64,000 nt of DNA from Octopus vulgaris. Its lineage: Eukaryota. Positions 38,945 to 51,869 of the stretch are shown here, in pieces. How positions within the stretch are numbered: the stretch's first letter is position 1; each line of letters opens with the position of its first letter. Where the stretch lies: contig OX597819.1 in NCBI GenBank assembly GCA_951406725.2, positions 23,498,001-23,562,000 of the forward strand, given 5' to 3'. The translations under genes and the position numbers were made by a program. Under the pieces are notes generated by a model, which saw only the letters and a list, made by a program, of their open reading frames with translations, did not search any database and was not told the origin of the DNA.

Positions 38945-39860
38945 GTCTTTGCACAGCTTCTAAGGCTGGATATGTACTACGGTGTCAGCTGTTCAATACC
39001 AGTGGACTAAGGTAACACCCTTTATTTTTCGACCACCACCCGGAGTATTCAAGCAGTTCCAAGCAGTGCTCTTTTCTGCAAGGGCTCCACCCATATTGCA
39101 ACCCCTATTTGTTCCATGCACTTCTCAAGATTTTTACTCATTGTTCCCAGGACTCCGACAATTATTGGTACTACTACCAGCTTTTTCAGTGTTCACAACT
39201 GCTTAACCCACCAAGCTAACCTGTCATGTCTTTCTTCCTTATCGCATACCTTGTTGTCAGCTGGGCATGCTATATCTATGATCCAGCATCATTTCCTTCC
39301 TTTCTCAATTAACGCTATGTCTGACTTCCTAATCTCTATCTGATGGTCACACTGAAATGCAAAATCCCATAGGATCTTTGCATTATCATTTTCAATGATA
39401 TCTTCGGGTTTATGTTCGTACCACTTCTTTGCTCTGTCAAGTCCATACTTGTTGCAAAGTGTCCAATGGACAATCCTTGTTATATTGTCATAACATCTCT
39501 TATATTCTTTCCGGGCTAGTAGCATATATTGACTGGTAATATGCCATACGGTTTCACTGTTTTGTCTTCAAATTATGCACTTATCACTTTCTGATGTGTT
39601 GTCCATTATGTATTTGATGTAATTGGTTCTTAATGCTTGCTCTTGGGCAGCACAGATTAGAGCCTCCGTTTCTGGTTTTGAATTACCTTTAGTCATCTAT
39701 AGCCATCGTTTTTCTCTGCAATCTTCCATAACATGCTATGTTGTTTTCTTCTGCTCTAATGCTGTGTTCGCATCCAATCAGTCCTCTTCCCCCTCTTTTT
39801 CTTGGTACATACTGTCTGTTTGTGTCACTTTTGGGATGATCCAGCCTCGGGCAACAACTT
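38945..39860 (-). pseudogene. R4/Dong-like RT end, CCHC finger and RLE
   Basis: HPKSDTNRQYVPRKRGGRGLI, ICAAQEQALRT and KILWDFAFQCDHQIEIRKSDI motifs. Confidence 0.88.
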
Positions 39861-40239
39861 GAGATAGGCGTCATCAAACTCTAAACTCTTCCATTTCACC
39901 ATGTCTGACTCATAAAGAGGTGTAGCTCGCCATTGTAAGCAGCTAGGGGTACAAAATATAAGATATGATGACTGCTCAAAGAAATGATATAACATAAGGA
40001 ACTTACCGATAACAAATCCATTCGGACCAAAAAGAAACCCACCAAGCAGTGTCATAACCACAGTAAATAAGTAACCTTTCAAGTTGTTCTTTGTTTCGAT
40101 TGACAGTTTCTCATGTTCACATACAGTGTAAACACTTCGTAAAACCTCCTGCTCAGAAAGTACCATAACTGTATTAGAGTTAGAAAAAATACAAAACATT
40201 TAACAAATTTCCATATAGATTTTTCTTTTATTTATTAAT

Positions 40240-40452
40240 TTGTTCCAGTCATTGGACTGTGGCCATGCTGGAGCACAGACTTTAGTTGAACAAATCGACC
40301 CCAGGATGTATTCTTTGTAAGCCTAGTACTTATTCTATCGGTCTCTCTTTTGCTGAACCGCTAAGTTACAGAGGCATAAACACACCAAAATCGATTGTTG
40401 AGCGATGGTGGGGGAACAAACATACAAACATACACACACACATATATATATA
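40240..40452 (-). mobile_element. SINE family A 3' half
   Basis: Family match ending at its internal (TA)n. Confidence 0.85.
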
Positions 40453-40483
40453 TCAAAATAAGCAACAAGGATATCCAGAGTTA

Positions 40484-40577
40484 ATGCAGTACGATCGTTT
40501 CATGCAACTCCATTTAATTGAACAATGCAATCATTGCATTACATCAATTTAAAACGTAGAGCAATCTTCAGCTGCAC
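40484..40577 (-). ncRNA. Type I hammerhead ribozyme motif with canonical core
   Basis: Minus strand: gtgcag-CTGAAGA-(~63-nt hairpin)-GAAA-cgatcg-TA-ctgcat. Confidence 0.8.
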
Positions 40578-41051
40578 AAAGACATAAAATTTAATGAAAT
40601 TAGGACACATTAGTATCATTTTACCCAAAATCTCCAAGAGGATAAGAAGATAGACAAAGAACATGTTTTACCAACAACATCATAGTTGTAACTAAACAAT
40701 TTTTCAAGAAGACACTGCTTTTCACTGATTTTTTCAGTTATTTATTTTATATTTTTTAGTTACGAGGAGGGGGGCAGTTTTTATTTTATAGACTAGTTTA
40801 TCAAATCCTTTGTATATTTAAGCTGGGAGAAGTATCTGTTTGGGGTAGAGTTGGTGGAATAGACAGACATTCTAAATGGCATAGTCATAAATAAAGATTT
40901 ATTTGAAGCAATGTCATGAGGTTTAATAAAAGAATACTTCAAACAAGATGTTGGCTGCTATTAAGCAGACCAATGCTAATGGGACAGGAGAAGTCATATC
41001 ATGTAGTACTACAGTTAACTACTATAAAACAATGCTGCTATATTTATATAT

Positions 41052-41223
41052 AGGTGCAGGAGTGGCTGTGTGGTAAGTAGCTTGCTAACCAACCACATGG
41101 TTGCGAGTTCAGTCCCACTGCGTGGCATCTTGGGCAAGTGTCTTCTGCTATAGCCCCGGGCCGACCAATGCCTTGTGAGTGGATTTGGTAGATGGAAACT
41201 GAAAGAAGCCTGTCGTATATATG

Positions 41224-41260
<37 letters not shown>

Positions 41261-41471
41261 TTGTGTGTCTGTGTTTGTCCCACTAGCATTGCTTGACAAC
41301 CGATGCTGGTGTGTTTACGTCCCCGTCACTTAGCGGTTCAGCAAAAGAGACCGATAGAATAAGTACTAGGCTTACAAAGAATAAGTCCCAGGGTCGATTT
41401 GGTCGACTAAAAGGCGGTGCTCCAGCATGGCCGCAGTCAAATGACTGAAACAAGTAAAAGAGTAAAAGAGA

Positions 41472-41472
<1 letters not shown>
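41052..41472 (+). mobile_element. SINE family A
   Basis: Full-length match to the family. Confidence 0.92.
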
Positions 41473-41510
<38 letters not shown>

Positions 41511-41807
41511 AATAAAGTTTAGGGTTATTCCAAAGATTATTAAGAAGAATATTTATGAATACTTTTAGTATATATCAAATTTTACACAATAGAGGGAGGA
41601 AAAGAAAATATAGAAATAGTTCAATATTTATGCACTTAAAATACTAACTTAACATATGTCTTTGAATATTGGTTAAATGATATTTACTGGTATTAATAAA
41701 GGAAAATTGAGGTAAAAGAACAGGCTAATTATATATTAAAAGATTTTAGTCTAAGCAGATTTTTTTAATTTTATGTAGTGAATATATCAGCATAGCTTTA
41801 TATGAGA

Positions 41808-42321
41808 CTAGCAGTATCGCCCGGCGTTGCTCGGGTTTGTAAGGGAAATAACTATATAAGCATTTTTAGAGAGTTACTTCCCTTATAGATGCCAATTCGG
41901 GCTTTCTTAGCCATTTCTGTTCTGGTGTCTTCAAGCCATGAAGTCGTTGTTCTAAAAGAACGCTGGTCTCCTTGACAACGCTTTACGACATTGATTTCCT
42001 TACACTCCCTTCCCCACAGCTTCACGAGGGAGGGAAGAAGGGGGAGCAGCTACACAGGTGCAGGCGTGACCATGGACGCCAACTCCGCCGCCATCGACAC
42101 ACGAAAAAATATGCATTAAAATGGAATAAAAAATGATGTTAAATTATTTTTTAAATCGTAGACTCATCGTAGACGCGCGCTAATAGCCAGACGGGCTCGA
42201 TATGAATCACGACTATAAGATACCCGAATTTGGTTAAACTGCACCGCAAAATGTGGGAGTAGTTAGGAATCTAAATCGAAGGGGACAGACACTCACACAA
42301 CTACAGTTTTATATATATAGA
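41808..42321 (-). mobile_element. Non-autonomous Helitron
   Basis: 5'-TC...CTAG-3' on minus, subterminal hairpin CCCGAGCAACGCCGGG, inserted between A and T with no TSD; relative at 58675-59074. Confidence 0.85.
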
Positions 42322-42994
42322 TGTGTATGAAATTTATAGAGATACAAGACTTAGAATAATTTTATAAATAAATAAAAGCTAATTTTAAAATAAAATAAAA
42401 TAAAATAATCAAGAGCAGAACACCATAGAAAAGGGGTAAAATGGTTTACTTACTAATACTATGGTAAAGTATATTTATTTTGTTAACACCAATAGAGAAG
42501 ATTTTTAGAAAAAAAGTTTAATAATTCAAAATATTAGGCTAAAAATTATATTTACTTATTACGATAACATCTATAAAAGACTGATGTTTAATATCAGCTA
42601 AAGACATAATTAAGTTATGGAACAATTTTAATTTCAACTAATCTTTTTTATAAAATTAAGGGTTATATTATAGGTTTAAGAAGTTGTTATTATTACACCC
42701 TACATGATGTTTATATTTTCTAATTTGTACCTATTTAGAAAGGTTAACTATATAAAGATCTTTATACATACTAAGATCAGGAGGGTGGAGCTAGTTGAGA
42801 AAAAGAAAAATCAAGTAATTCCTTTAAAAAGATCATTTCAAACAATGTTATCATGCTGTATAAGGTTAAAAAGTATTTTTAGGGTAATCAAGAAGATTAT
42901 TAAGAATGAGAATTTTAACAAACCACTTTTGAGTATATACCAAATTTTTTTACTACAATAGAGGGAGCAAAAAGAAAATTGCAGAGAAATAGAT

Positions 42995-43403
42995 TACTCT
43001 TTACTCTTTTACTCGTTTCAGTCATTTGACTGCAGCCATGCTGGAGCACCGCCTTTAGTCGAGTAAATCGACCCCAGGACTTATTCTTTGTAAGCCTGGT
43101 ACTTATTCTATCAATCTCTTTTGCTAAACCGCTAAGTTACGGGGATGTAAACACACCACCATCGGTTGTCAAGCAATGGTGGGGGGACAAACACAGACAC
43201 ACAAACATATACACACATACATATATATACATATATACGACAGGCTTCTTTCAGTTTCCTGTCTACCAAATCTACTCACAAGGCTTTGGTCAGCCCAAGG
43301 CTATAGTAGAAGACACTTGCCCATGGTGCCATGCAGTGGGAATGAACCCAGAACCATGTGGTTGGTAAGCAAGCTACTTACCACACAGCGACTCCTGCGC
43401 CTA
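42995..43403 (-). mobile_element. SINE family A
   Basis: Full-length match to the family. Confidence 0.92.
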
Positions 43404-43850
43404 TATTAATATTTATATACTTATCACTTATCTAAAATATTCACTAATAAAGTTTCTGTGGAGATTAATCAAATGGATTTAACTAATTAATATTTAATAA
43501 GGGTAACTGAGGCTAAAGAGCATGTCAACTATACACTGATTTAATTAAAGTTGAACTAATTGAAAGTCGTTGAGATACCAGTATTAACTTATATAAGCTG
43601 AGTGTTAATTAATAGGGGTACAAGGATTATATTTATTTAAGGCTGTCATAAAAATAACAATAACAATAATAATAAAATGATCAGTTAGGGTAGAGCATCT
43701 TGGAAAAGGAATAAATAAACTAATCATTAACAACCATAATAAAAAATAAAATATTCCTACCTTATTAACCCTAACAGCAAGTTTATATAGAAAACATATA
43801 ATAATTTATGAGCTAGAAAATTAGTTTATTTAGTTTCAGGGCTGAAACTC

Positions 43851-43852
<2 letters not shown>

Positions 43853-43881
<29 letters not shown>

Positions 43882-46800
43882 GTTTAACGTCCGCTTTCCA
43901 TGCTAGCATGGGTTGGACAATTTGACTGAGGTCTGACGAACCAGATGGCTGCACCAGACTCTAGCCTGATCTACAGCTGAATGCCCTTCCTAACACCAAC
44001 CACTCTGTGAGTGTAGTGGGTGCTTTCACATGCCACCGGCACGAGGGCTAGTCAGGTGGTACTGCCAACGGCCATACTTAAATGGTGCTTTTTATATGCC
44101 ACCTGCACAGGAGCCAGTCCAGTGGCACTGGCAACGACCTCGCCCGAATGTTTTTTTCGTGTACCACTAGCACAAGTGCCAGTAAGGCGACACAGGTAAC
44201 GATCACACTTGAATGGTAGTTTTTACGTGGCATCGGCATGGAGGCCAGTTTGTTGCTCTGGCAACGATCACGCTCATATGGTACTCTTAGTGCTCCACTA
44301 GCACAGATGCCAGTCATTGAATTTGATTTCGATTTCGATTTCAATTTCATTTGCCTCAACAGGTCTTTGCAAGCAGAGTTTAGTGTCCAATGAAGGAAAG
44401 ATACTCAAAAGTGGGCTGGTTACACCCCTGGCATAGGCCACAAGGTTATGGTCTCACTTGAACTTGCTGAGTCTTCTCAAGCACAGCATATTTCCAAAGG
44501 TCCCGGTCACTAGTCGTTGCCTCAGTGAGGCCCAATGTTCAAAGGTCATGCTTCGCAATCTCATCCCAGCTCTTCCTGGGTCTACCTCTTCCACAGGTTC
44601 CCTCAACTGCTAGGGTGTGGCACTTTTTCACACAGCTATCCACATCCATTCTCGCTACATGGCCATACCAGCAGAGTTGTCTCTCTTGTACACCACATCT
44701 GACGCTTCTTAGGTCCAACTTTTCTCTCAAGGTACTAACACTCTGTCAAGTATGCACACTGATATTACACATCCATCGGAGCTTCATTCCTTGCAAGCTT
44801 ACACATGTCCCCAGCAGTCACAGCTCATGTTTCACTGCTATGTAGCATGGCTGTTTGTACACATGCATCATACAGTCTACCTTTTACTCTGAGCAAGAGG
44901 CTCTTTGTCACCAGCAGAGGTAAGAGCTTTCTGAACTTTGCCCAGGCTATTCTTATTCTAGCAGCTACACTTTCAGTGCACCCTCTCCCGCTACTGACTT
45001 GGTCACCTACGTAATGGAAGCTATCAACTACTTCTAGTTTTTCTCCCTGGAATGTGGCGGAAGTTGCTCTCTGCACATTTTCAGTGTATATTGCTCCTGA
45101 GCATCTGCCACATACAAAAACTATCTTCCCAGTTAGCCTTCCTTTGATATTGCTGCACTTCTTATGTGTCCATAGCTTACACTGGGTACATCTTATAAAG
45201 TTTCTACTTACGCCTTTTCTACAGATCAAGCAGGGCCATCTACCTGAAGAGACTTGTGGTTTGCCTGCCTTCCTACTTATTAGGGCTTTGGTTTTAGCTA
45301 CGTTGACTCTAAGGCCCTTTAATTCTAATCCTTGTTTCCACACTTGAAACTTCTCCTCTAGTTCTGATAGTGACTCAGCAATTTGAGCAGGGTAGTCAGC
45401 ATAGAGGAGCTTCCAGGGGCATCCTGTCTTGAATTCCTCCATTATTGCCTGGCGGACTATGATAAATAGGAGGGGGCTGGTGGACCCCTACCTCTACCCG
45501 GAATTCTTCACTGTATTTGTTGCCAGCCCTCACCTTCCTGACAGTGTCCCTGTACATCGCTTGCACAGCTCTCACTAACCATTCATCTACCCCTAGTTTC
45601 CTCATTGACCACCAGATAAGGGATCGGGGGACCCTGTCAAAGGCTTTCTCCATGTCAATGAAAGCCAAGTACAGAGGTTTATCTTTGGCTAGGTATTTCT
45701 CCTGCAGCTGTCTTACCAGAAATATAGCATCAGTGGTGCTTTTCCCTGGCACGATCCCAAACTGCATCTCATCTAAACTGACTCTCTCCCTAATTAGTTG
45801 GGCTATGACCCTCTCCGTGACCATCATTACCTGATCCAACAACTTGGTACCTCTGTAATTATTTGTATCTAAAGCATCACCTTTACCATTGTAGCAGTTG
45901 ACTATAGTACTGCTACACCAGTCACTGGGTATGACTCCTTCATGTATCACTTGGTTAACTATATGGGTGACTAGGCTACAGACGACACTGTCAGATATTT
46001 TGAGCATCTCTGCAGTAATTCCTGATGGGCCAGGGGCTTTCCCTGTCTTCATACTCTTAATTGCTTTATCTACCAAGGTACTGTCAACTTGGATAGCTGG
46101 TCCCTCTGTTGGGTCGACATTCGGCAGACTCTCTTTCTCCCATTCATTTTCTTTATTGAGCAACATTTCATAGTGGTGTCTCCAAACCTCTTTCTTTGCA
46201 GTCTCATTTAGTGCAAGAGAACCATCATCCATGCGGACTCATTTCTGTCCTACAACATCACGATTCTCTCTCACACACTGTCTTGCAACACGAAATACCT
46301 CAAGTCTTTGGTCCTCATGGCGTAGAACACTGGCACATTTTTTCTTATCTGCTTCCCCTCTGGCTAAATAAACCTGTCTCCTAGCTTCCCTTCTGGCAGT
46401 CTAATACAATTCCCTGCTACCACCATTCTTCCAGTCCTTCCAAGCTTGTTTATTATTTTCTCTAATAGCCCTGTCAACAACATTGTTCCACCACCTCATT
46501 ATTTTGGGTCAAGAGGGGACTTTGCACCATCCACAGATCTAGTCAGTGGCTCTCAGCTGGTTGTCCCCTAGAAACCTCCAGTTGTCTTCTACACAGTGTG
46601 AATCTATATCTCCTTCTATTTCGTCAAAGGCTTCGAGTAATAAGTCTCTAAATCTCTGTCCATTTCTAAGCTTCCAGACCCTTCTCCTCCATGCTGGTCG
46701 TCTTCTGGGCGTCCACTTAGCCCTGATCCTAAAGTCACTAACTACCAGTCTATGTTGTGGGGTACATTCTTCACCTGGGAAGGTTTTGGCATTTATAAGC

Positions 46801-48645
46801 AGCCATCTTTCCTTTTTCTGGCAAGGATGTAGTCAATTTGGCTAGTGTGTCTGCCAGATTGGTAGGTGACTAGGTGACTGGAAGGTTTTCTGAAATTAGT
46901 ATTGCAAACCATAAGATCATTTGCATCGCAGAACTCCAGCAGCCTAGTTTCCTCCTCGTTGCGGGAACCATAACTATAGCCTCCATGTATGCCATGGAAG
47001 CCCCTGTATGTTGTCCCAACATGTCCATTGAAGTCACCAGCCACAAAGAGAAGGTCCCTGTCATTCATCAATTAGGTAGTCTGCAAGAGGATGTAGTAGA
47101 ATCGGTCTTTCTGTCCATCGGGTAGCCCCAGCTGAGGGGCATAGGCCAATATAATGGTTGCTAACCCATGATGAAGCACTAATCTAATCTTAAGTATTCT
47201 GTCACATACTCTGACTACCTTGATTACCTTATCCACCTATTTCTCAGCAAGAAGTATACCCATGCCCCCGACCTCATCAGTGCTCCCCGCCCAGAAAATC
47301 TTGTACCTGTGTTCTTTGCCTGTGAGGAACCTAGCAGAACCTCCTCTCCACCTTACTTCTTGGATGCAGCACATATCGACACATCTCCGTTCAAGCATCT
47401 CAACAATCTCACTAGACCTACCTTTCAGTGTGCCAACCCTGAGGATGTGGGAGGTATGGGCTTATGAGACCCTAGGACAGGGAACAGTAGCTTCATGTAC
47501 CTGAAAAGAAAGCTCGCATTTGGCAGAATTCAGAAACAAACAATAGCCTTCAGTTCAACCTGTGTACACTACACTATCATATTTTTGCATTATATGATCA
47601 CTACCTTACATAGGAGATAATCCTAAGTAGGGGTGGGGATGGTGTAAAGCCTTTAGAAGTGTTCATGGGAGACAACTAAAGATGACAAAGGATAGGAACA
47701 ATAGGAACATCCGGTATAGGTGGAGGGGATAGGAGGGCGGGCGTACTTCAAACTAGGAAGTTTAGAGGAGAGCATCTTCTGCGTGCGCTGGTTTATATGT
47801 GGTGGTGTTGGTGGAAGTCCTGGCGAAGCGAGTGGTAATCGAAAGAGGGAGAGAGAGACAGAGTGAGGCCGAGACAGAGAGAGAGAGGGGGAAGTGGTCA
47901 AGAGCACGAGGGAGGAAAATATTCTTTTGGGATCTGCATAGCATATTTAATGAGACAGCAAATGTTGATAATAGTAAAATAGACTCGGAAAATCTGAGAG
48001 TTTTCGGTCAGACAATCTAAGACAAAATTAAAGTAATAAGTGACTGTGTGATAAAACTTTAATAGATGGAATGAATCGATGAATATGTTGCAGTTAAGGA
48101 AATGTGTGAACTAAGGTTATCTTAAGGGAACAACAAGGAAGACAAGACTATTGAAAACTATATTTACATGATGACATGGTACTGAAATAGACAGAATAAT
48201 GAAAAGAACTAATAGGGGGTTCATGATCTGCGCAGAAATAAAAGAGTAGACGAAACAAAGTTGAAAAGACAAAACTTCTTATGTGAGTACCTTCTCGGAT
48301 TCGGATTCTTCGACAGGGGATTGAAAGCGAGTGGGGGAGTCCGTGTGTGTGTGTGCTAGTTTATATAGGGTGGTGGTGGTGGTGGTGGAGGAGGAGGAGG
48401 AAGTCTTGGCGAAGCGAGTGGTAATCGAAAGTGGGAGAGAGAGAGGGACAGAGTGAAGCCTAGAGAGAGAGAGACAGAGTGAAATAGAGAGATAGGGGGG
48501 TAGTGGTCAAGAACACGAGGGAGGAAAATATTCTTTTGCAATCTGCGTAGCATATTTAACGAAACAACAAATGTTGATAATAGTAAAATAGACTTGGAAA
48601 ATCTGAGAGTTTTCGGTCAGACAATCTAAGACAAAATTAGAGTAA
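43853..48645 (-). pseudogene. Near full-length RTE-type LINE (APE, RT with Cys/His finger insert, 3' UTR, (GAT)n tail), inactivated
   Basis: ORF pieces contain GDFNGHVG, KAPGPSGI, FIDMEKAFDRV, LLYADY and WYGHVARM...GRGRPRKSW; upstream region duplicated (47780-48040/48345-48645). Confidence 0.93.
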
Positions 48646-48829
48646 TTTTTTTAATTTTGTCTTAAAGATAAATTTAGTTAAAAGGACAAGCAAACCCTAT
48701 ATTAATATTAAATTAAGAGGTATAATATAGATTACGAAAGTTATTTGTGTTAATCAATAAATAATATTACATTTTCTAAGGAGTACTTAATTGGAAGGGC
48801 TATTTAAGACCAATATAAATATCAAAATT

Positions 48830-49319
48830 TGCACTCCTCACACAAAGACGTATGAGATGGCTTGGGCATGTTAGCCGTATGAAAGATGGCAGAATCCCCA
48901 AGGACATACTCTACGGAGATCTTGCTAGGGGTACTAGGTCTGTGGGTAGACCGTTCTTACGTTACAAGGATGTTTGCAAAAGGGACATGAAGACCTGCAA
49001 CATCAATATTAGCAGTTGGAAGCAATTGCCAGCAACCGTGGAGATTGGCGACGTACCGTAAAAGAGGGAATACAAAGGAGTGACAGAGAGAGAGAGGAGA
49101 AATGGAAAGACAAGAAAAGACCTCAACAAGAAACTATGGCATTACAACCAGCCAGGAACAGTCTTCGCTACATTTGCGGTACCTGCCAGAGGGAGTGTTT
49201 GTCCAGGATAGGACTACACAGCCACAGCAGGAAATGTATCAGGACATGAAATGTAAAAGCCGGACTAGACTACTTTATGCGCAACTCCATTGTCTCTCAA
49301 GACGAAAAGGATGCCAACC
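48830..49319 (+). mobile_element. 5'-truncated RTE/BovB-like LINE 3' end
   Basis: RWLGHVSRMKDGRIPKDILYG...CGTCQRECLSRIGLHSHSRKC; TSD AAATATCAAAATT at 48817-48829 and 49320-49332. Confidence 0.92.
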
Positions 49320-49499
49320 AAATATCAAAATTAGCGGGATGGAACATTTTAAGAAAAGGGATAAAAAATTTTATTGCTAAAACTGTTTTGAACAATATGT
49401 CATTATTTTGTATCAGGTTGAAATGTAATGGCAATCATGGAGATTTACCATTTAGGTGAGAGAACAAATATATTATAAATTAGTTAAATCTTAATTCAC

Positions 49500-49641
49500 T
49501 GGTGGGAGGGGTCTAGTCAATTACACTGACCCCAGTGTTTCCCTGAAAGGATGAAAGGCAAAGTCGACTCGGCGGAATTTGAACTTAGAACGTAAAGATA
49601 GACGAAATACCGCTAAGCATTTCTACCAGTTCGCCGCATTT

Positions 49642-49673
<32 letters not shown>

Positions 49674-49875
49674 CCTTTCTACTTATCGGTACAAGGCCTG
49701 GAATTTGGGGGAGGGGACCAATTGATTACATCGCAACTGGTACTTTATTTGTCGACCCCAAAAGGATGAAAGTCAAAGTCGACCTCGGCGGTATTTGAAC
49801 TCAGAATGAGATGACAGATGAAATACCGCTAAGCATTTTGCCCTGCGTGCTAACAATTCTACCAGCTCACCACCT
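49500..49875 (-). mobile_element. Two family D-related SINEs
   Basis: Family central domain appears twice, separated by (TAA)n. Confidence 0.8.
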
Positions 49876-49914
49876 TTTTAATAACAATAATAATAATAAT
49901 AATAATAATAATAT

Positions 49915-50295
49915 ATTCTTTTATTAGCCACAAGGGCTCTCATACAAAACATTAAAAGATATACAACGACATTAAAAGACAAAAATAGGACGACACAATG
50001 GGTTTTCGCAGTATAAATACAGTTAAAAATTAAATAAATTAAATTCCCTATAGGAGAGGCGCTTTAAGGTCCTCGTGGAAAAACCCACCAAAGCCACAGG
50101 TGCCTGAACAACAGAGCAAGAACCCTTCTTTTTTTTTTACAGTGCACGCTCAGAATTGGTCCTTTCACACTGGCCATTCTTCCAACAACAAACTTGCTAC
50201 AAGACAACACTTCCCTCTCCACCCTCAACTTCCTTTTCAAGTGAAACCTGAAAAAGTTGATTAGGGCTTAGCCAAAGTGTCTGTCTTAGCCCACT
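49915..50295 (-). mobile_element. Tx1/L1-like LINE 3' end in (TAA)n
   Basis: Minus-strand LINFFRFHLKRKLRVEREVL and tail GCCCTTGTGGCTAATAAAAGAA. Confidence 0.55.
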
Positions 50296-50738
50296 CCAAT
50301 AATAACAATAATCCTTAAATCCTTAAAAATGTTTTAGTCCGAAGGCCGCGCCCATGCTGGGGCACCACCGCGGTATTTCGTCTATCTTTACGTTCTAAGT
50401 TTAAATTCCGCCGAGGTCGACTTTGCCTTTCATCCTTTCGGGGTCGATAATAATAATAATGAAATTATTGTGTATAGTGCTCAGGTGCACTACAACGCAT
50501 CAAAGGTGCATATACAGTACATAGAATTATGTATAAAAGTCAGGAAAGTGAACAGTGTATGAGTCATGATATACAGGATGATTCATAAGTCGCCAAACAT
50601 AGGAACAATTTATCTTTTTTTTATAAGAAACAGTTTATAAGAACAGTTGTTTCTCTTTATTTAACAGGCTCTATAGGGCTACCATTGTGGTAACCATATA
50701 GAGATTATTCTTTGTGGCTAATGGCGTGAGTCCTGATT

Positions 50739-50870
50739 GGAGGAGGAGGAGGAGGAAGAAGAAGAAGAAGAAGAAGAAGAAGAAGAAGAAGAAGAAGAAG
50801 AAGAAGAAGAAGAAGAAGAAGAAGAAGAAGAAGAAGAAGAAGAAGAAGAAGAAGAAGAAGAAGAAGAAGA
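50739..50870. repeat. (GAG)n(GAA)n microsatellite
   Basis: Read directly. Confidence 0.97.
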
Positions 50871-50871
50871 C

Positions 50872-51353
50872 AGCAGTTATGGGGACGTAAACACTCGATG
50901 TTGTGGGGACAGACACAGACACACACACGAAGGGCTTCTTTCAGTTTCCGTCTACCAAATCCACTCACAAGGCTTTGGTCAGCCTGAGGCTATAATAGAA
51001 TGCACTTGCCCGACTTTAATCGAGCAACTCGACCCCAGGACTTATTCTTTGTAAGCCCAGTACTTATTCTATCGGTTTCTTTTTGCCGAACCGCTAAGTT
51101 ACGGGGACATAAACACACCAGCATCGGTTGTCAATGCTAAGGGGACAAACACAGGCACACAAACACATACATATATATATATACATATATACGACGGGCT
51201 TCTTTCAGTTTCCGTCTACCAAATCCACTCACAAGGCATTGGTCGGCCCGAGGCTATAGCAGAAGACACTTGCCCCCAAGATGCCACGCACAGGGACTGA
51301 ACCCCCGAACCATGTGGTTGGTAAGCAAGCTACTTACCACATAGCCACTCCTG
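50872..51353 (-). mobile_element. Two nested or partial SINE family A copies
   Basis: 50872-51012 and 51014-51353 both match family A. Confidence 0.85.
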
Positions 51354-51869
51354 TAATACGTCAAGATAAAGATTTTTTTTTTTAAATACCTTTGAAATAT
51401 AGAGTCCGCGTCCTATCGAGACACATAAAACATCCTTCCAAGAAGCGTTCGCAATAAATAACGTTTTATAAAATGAAAGTTTTTCTTTTAGTTAAGTCAT
51501 TTGACATTTGGTAATCCTTGAAACCGCTTTTGTTCAATTTTTTTTCTTTATACACACGGCACATAATGCATATCTACTAATAACATAATTTGACATCAGA
51601 TTCGATCTCGTTTAGCCGTAAATCTTTAGGAACGAAACATTTCGTTTACTTTAAAGTATACAATTAACACTGACTAAAATTGTAGGTATTGAATATAAAT
51701 CGGAGTAAACTATTACTATTACTGATGAAAATATATATCAGCGGCTAAAGCTATTTTGAACAATATGTCATTTTTTTGTATAAGGTTGAAATGTAATGGC
51801 AACCATGGAGATTTACCATTTAGGTGAGAGAACAAATATATTATAAATTAGTTAAATCTTAATTCACTG

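Noticed and set aside
41510-43850. Recognisable NUMT
   Set aside because: Hydrophobic peptides with TGA=Trp are suggestive, but no diagnostic mitochondrial motif or gene order was found; kept only as an unexplained repeat.
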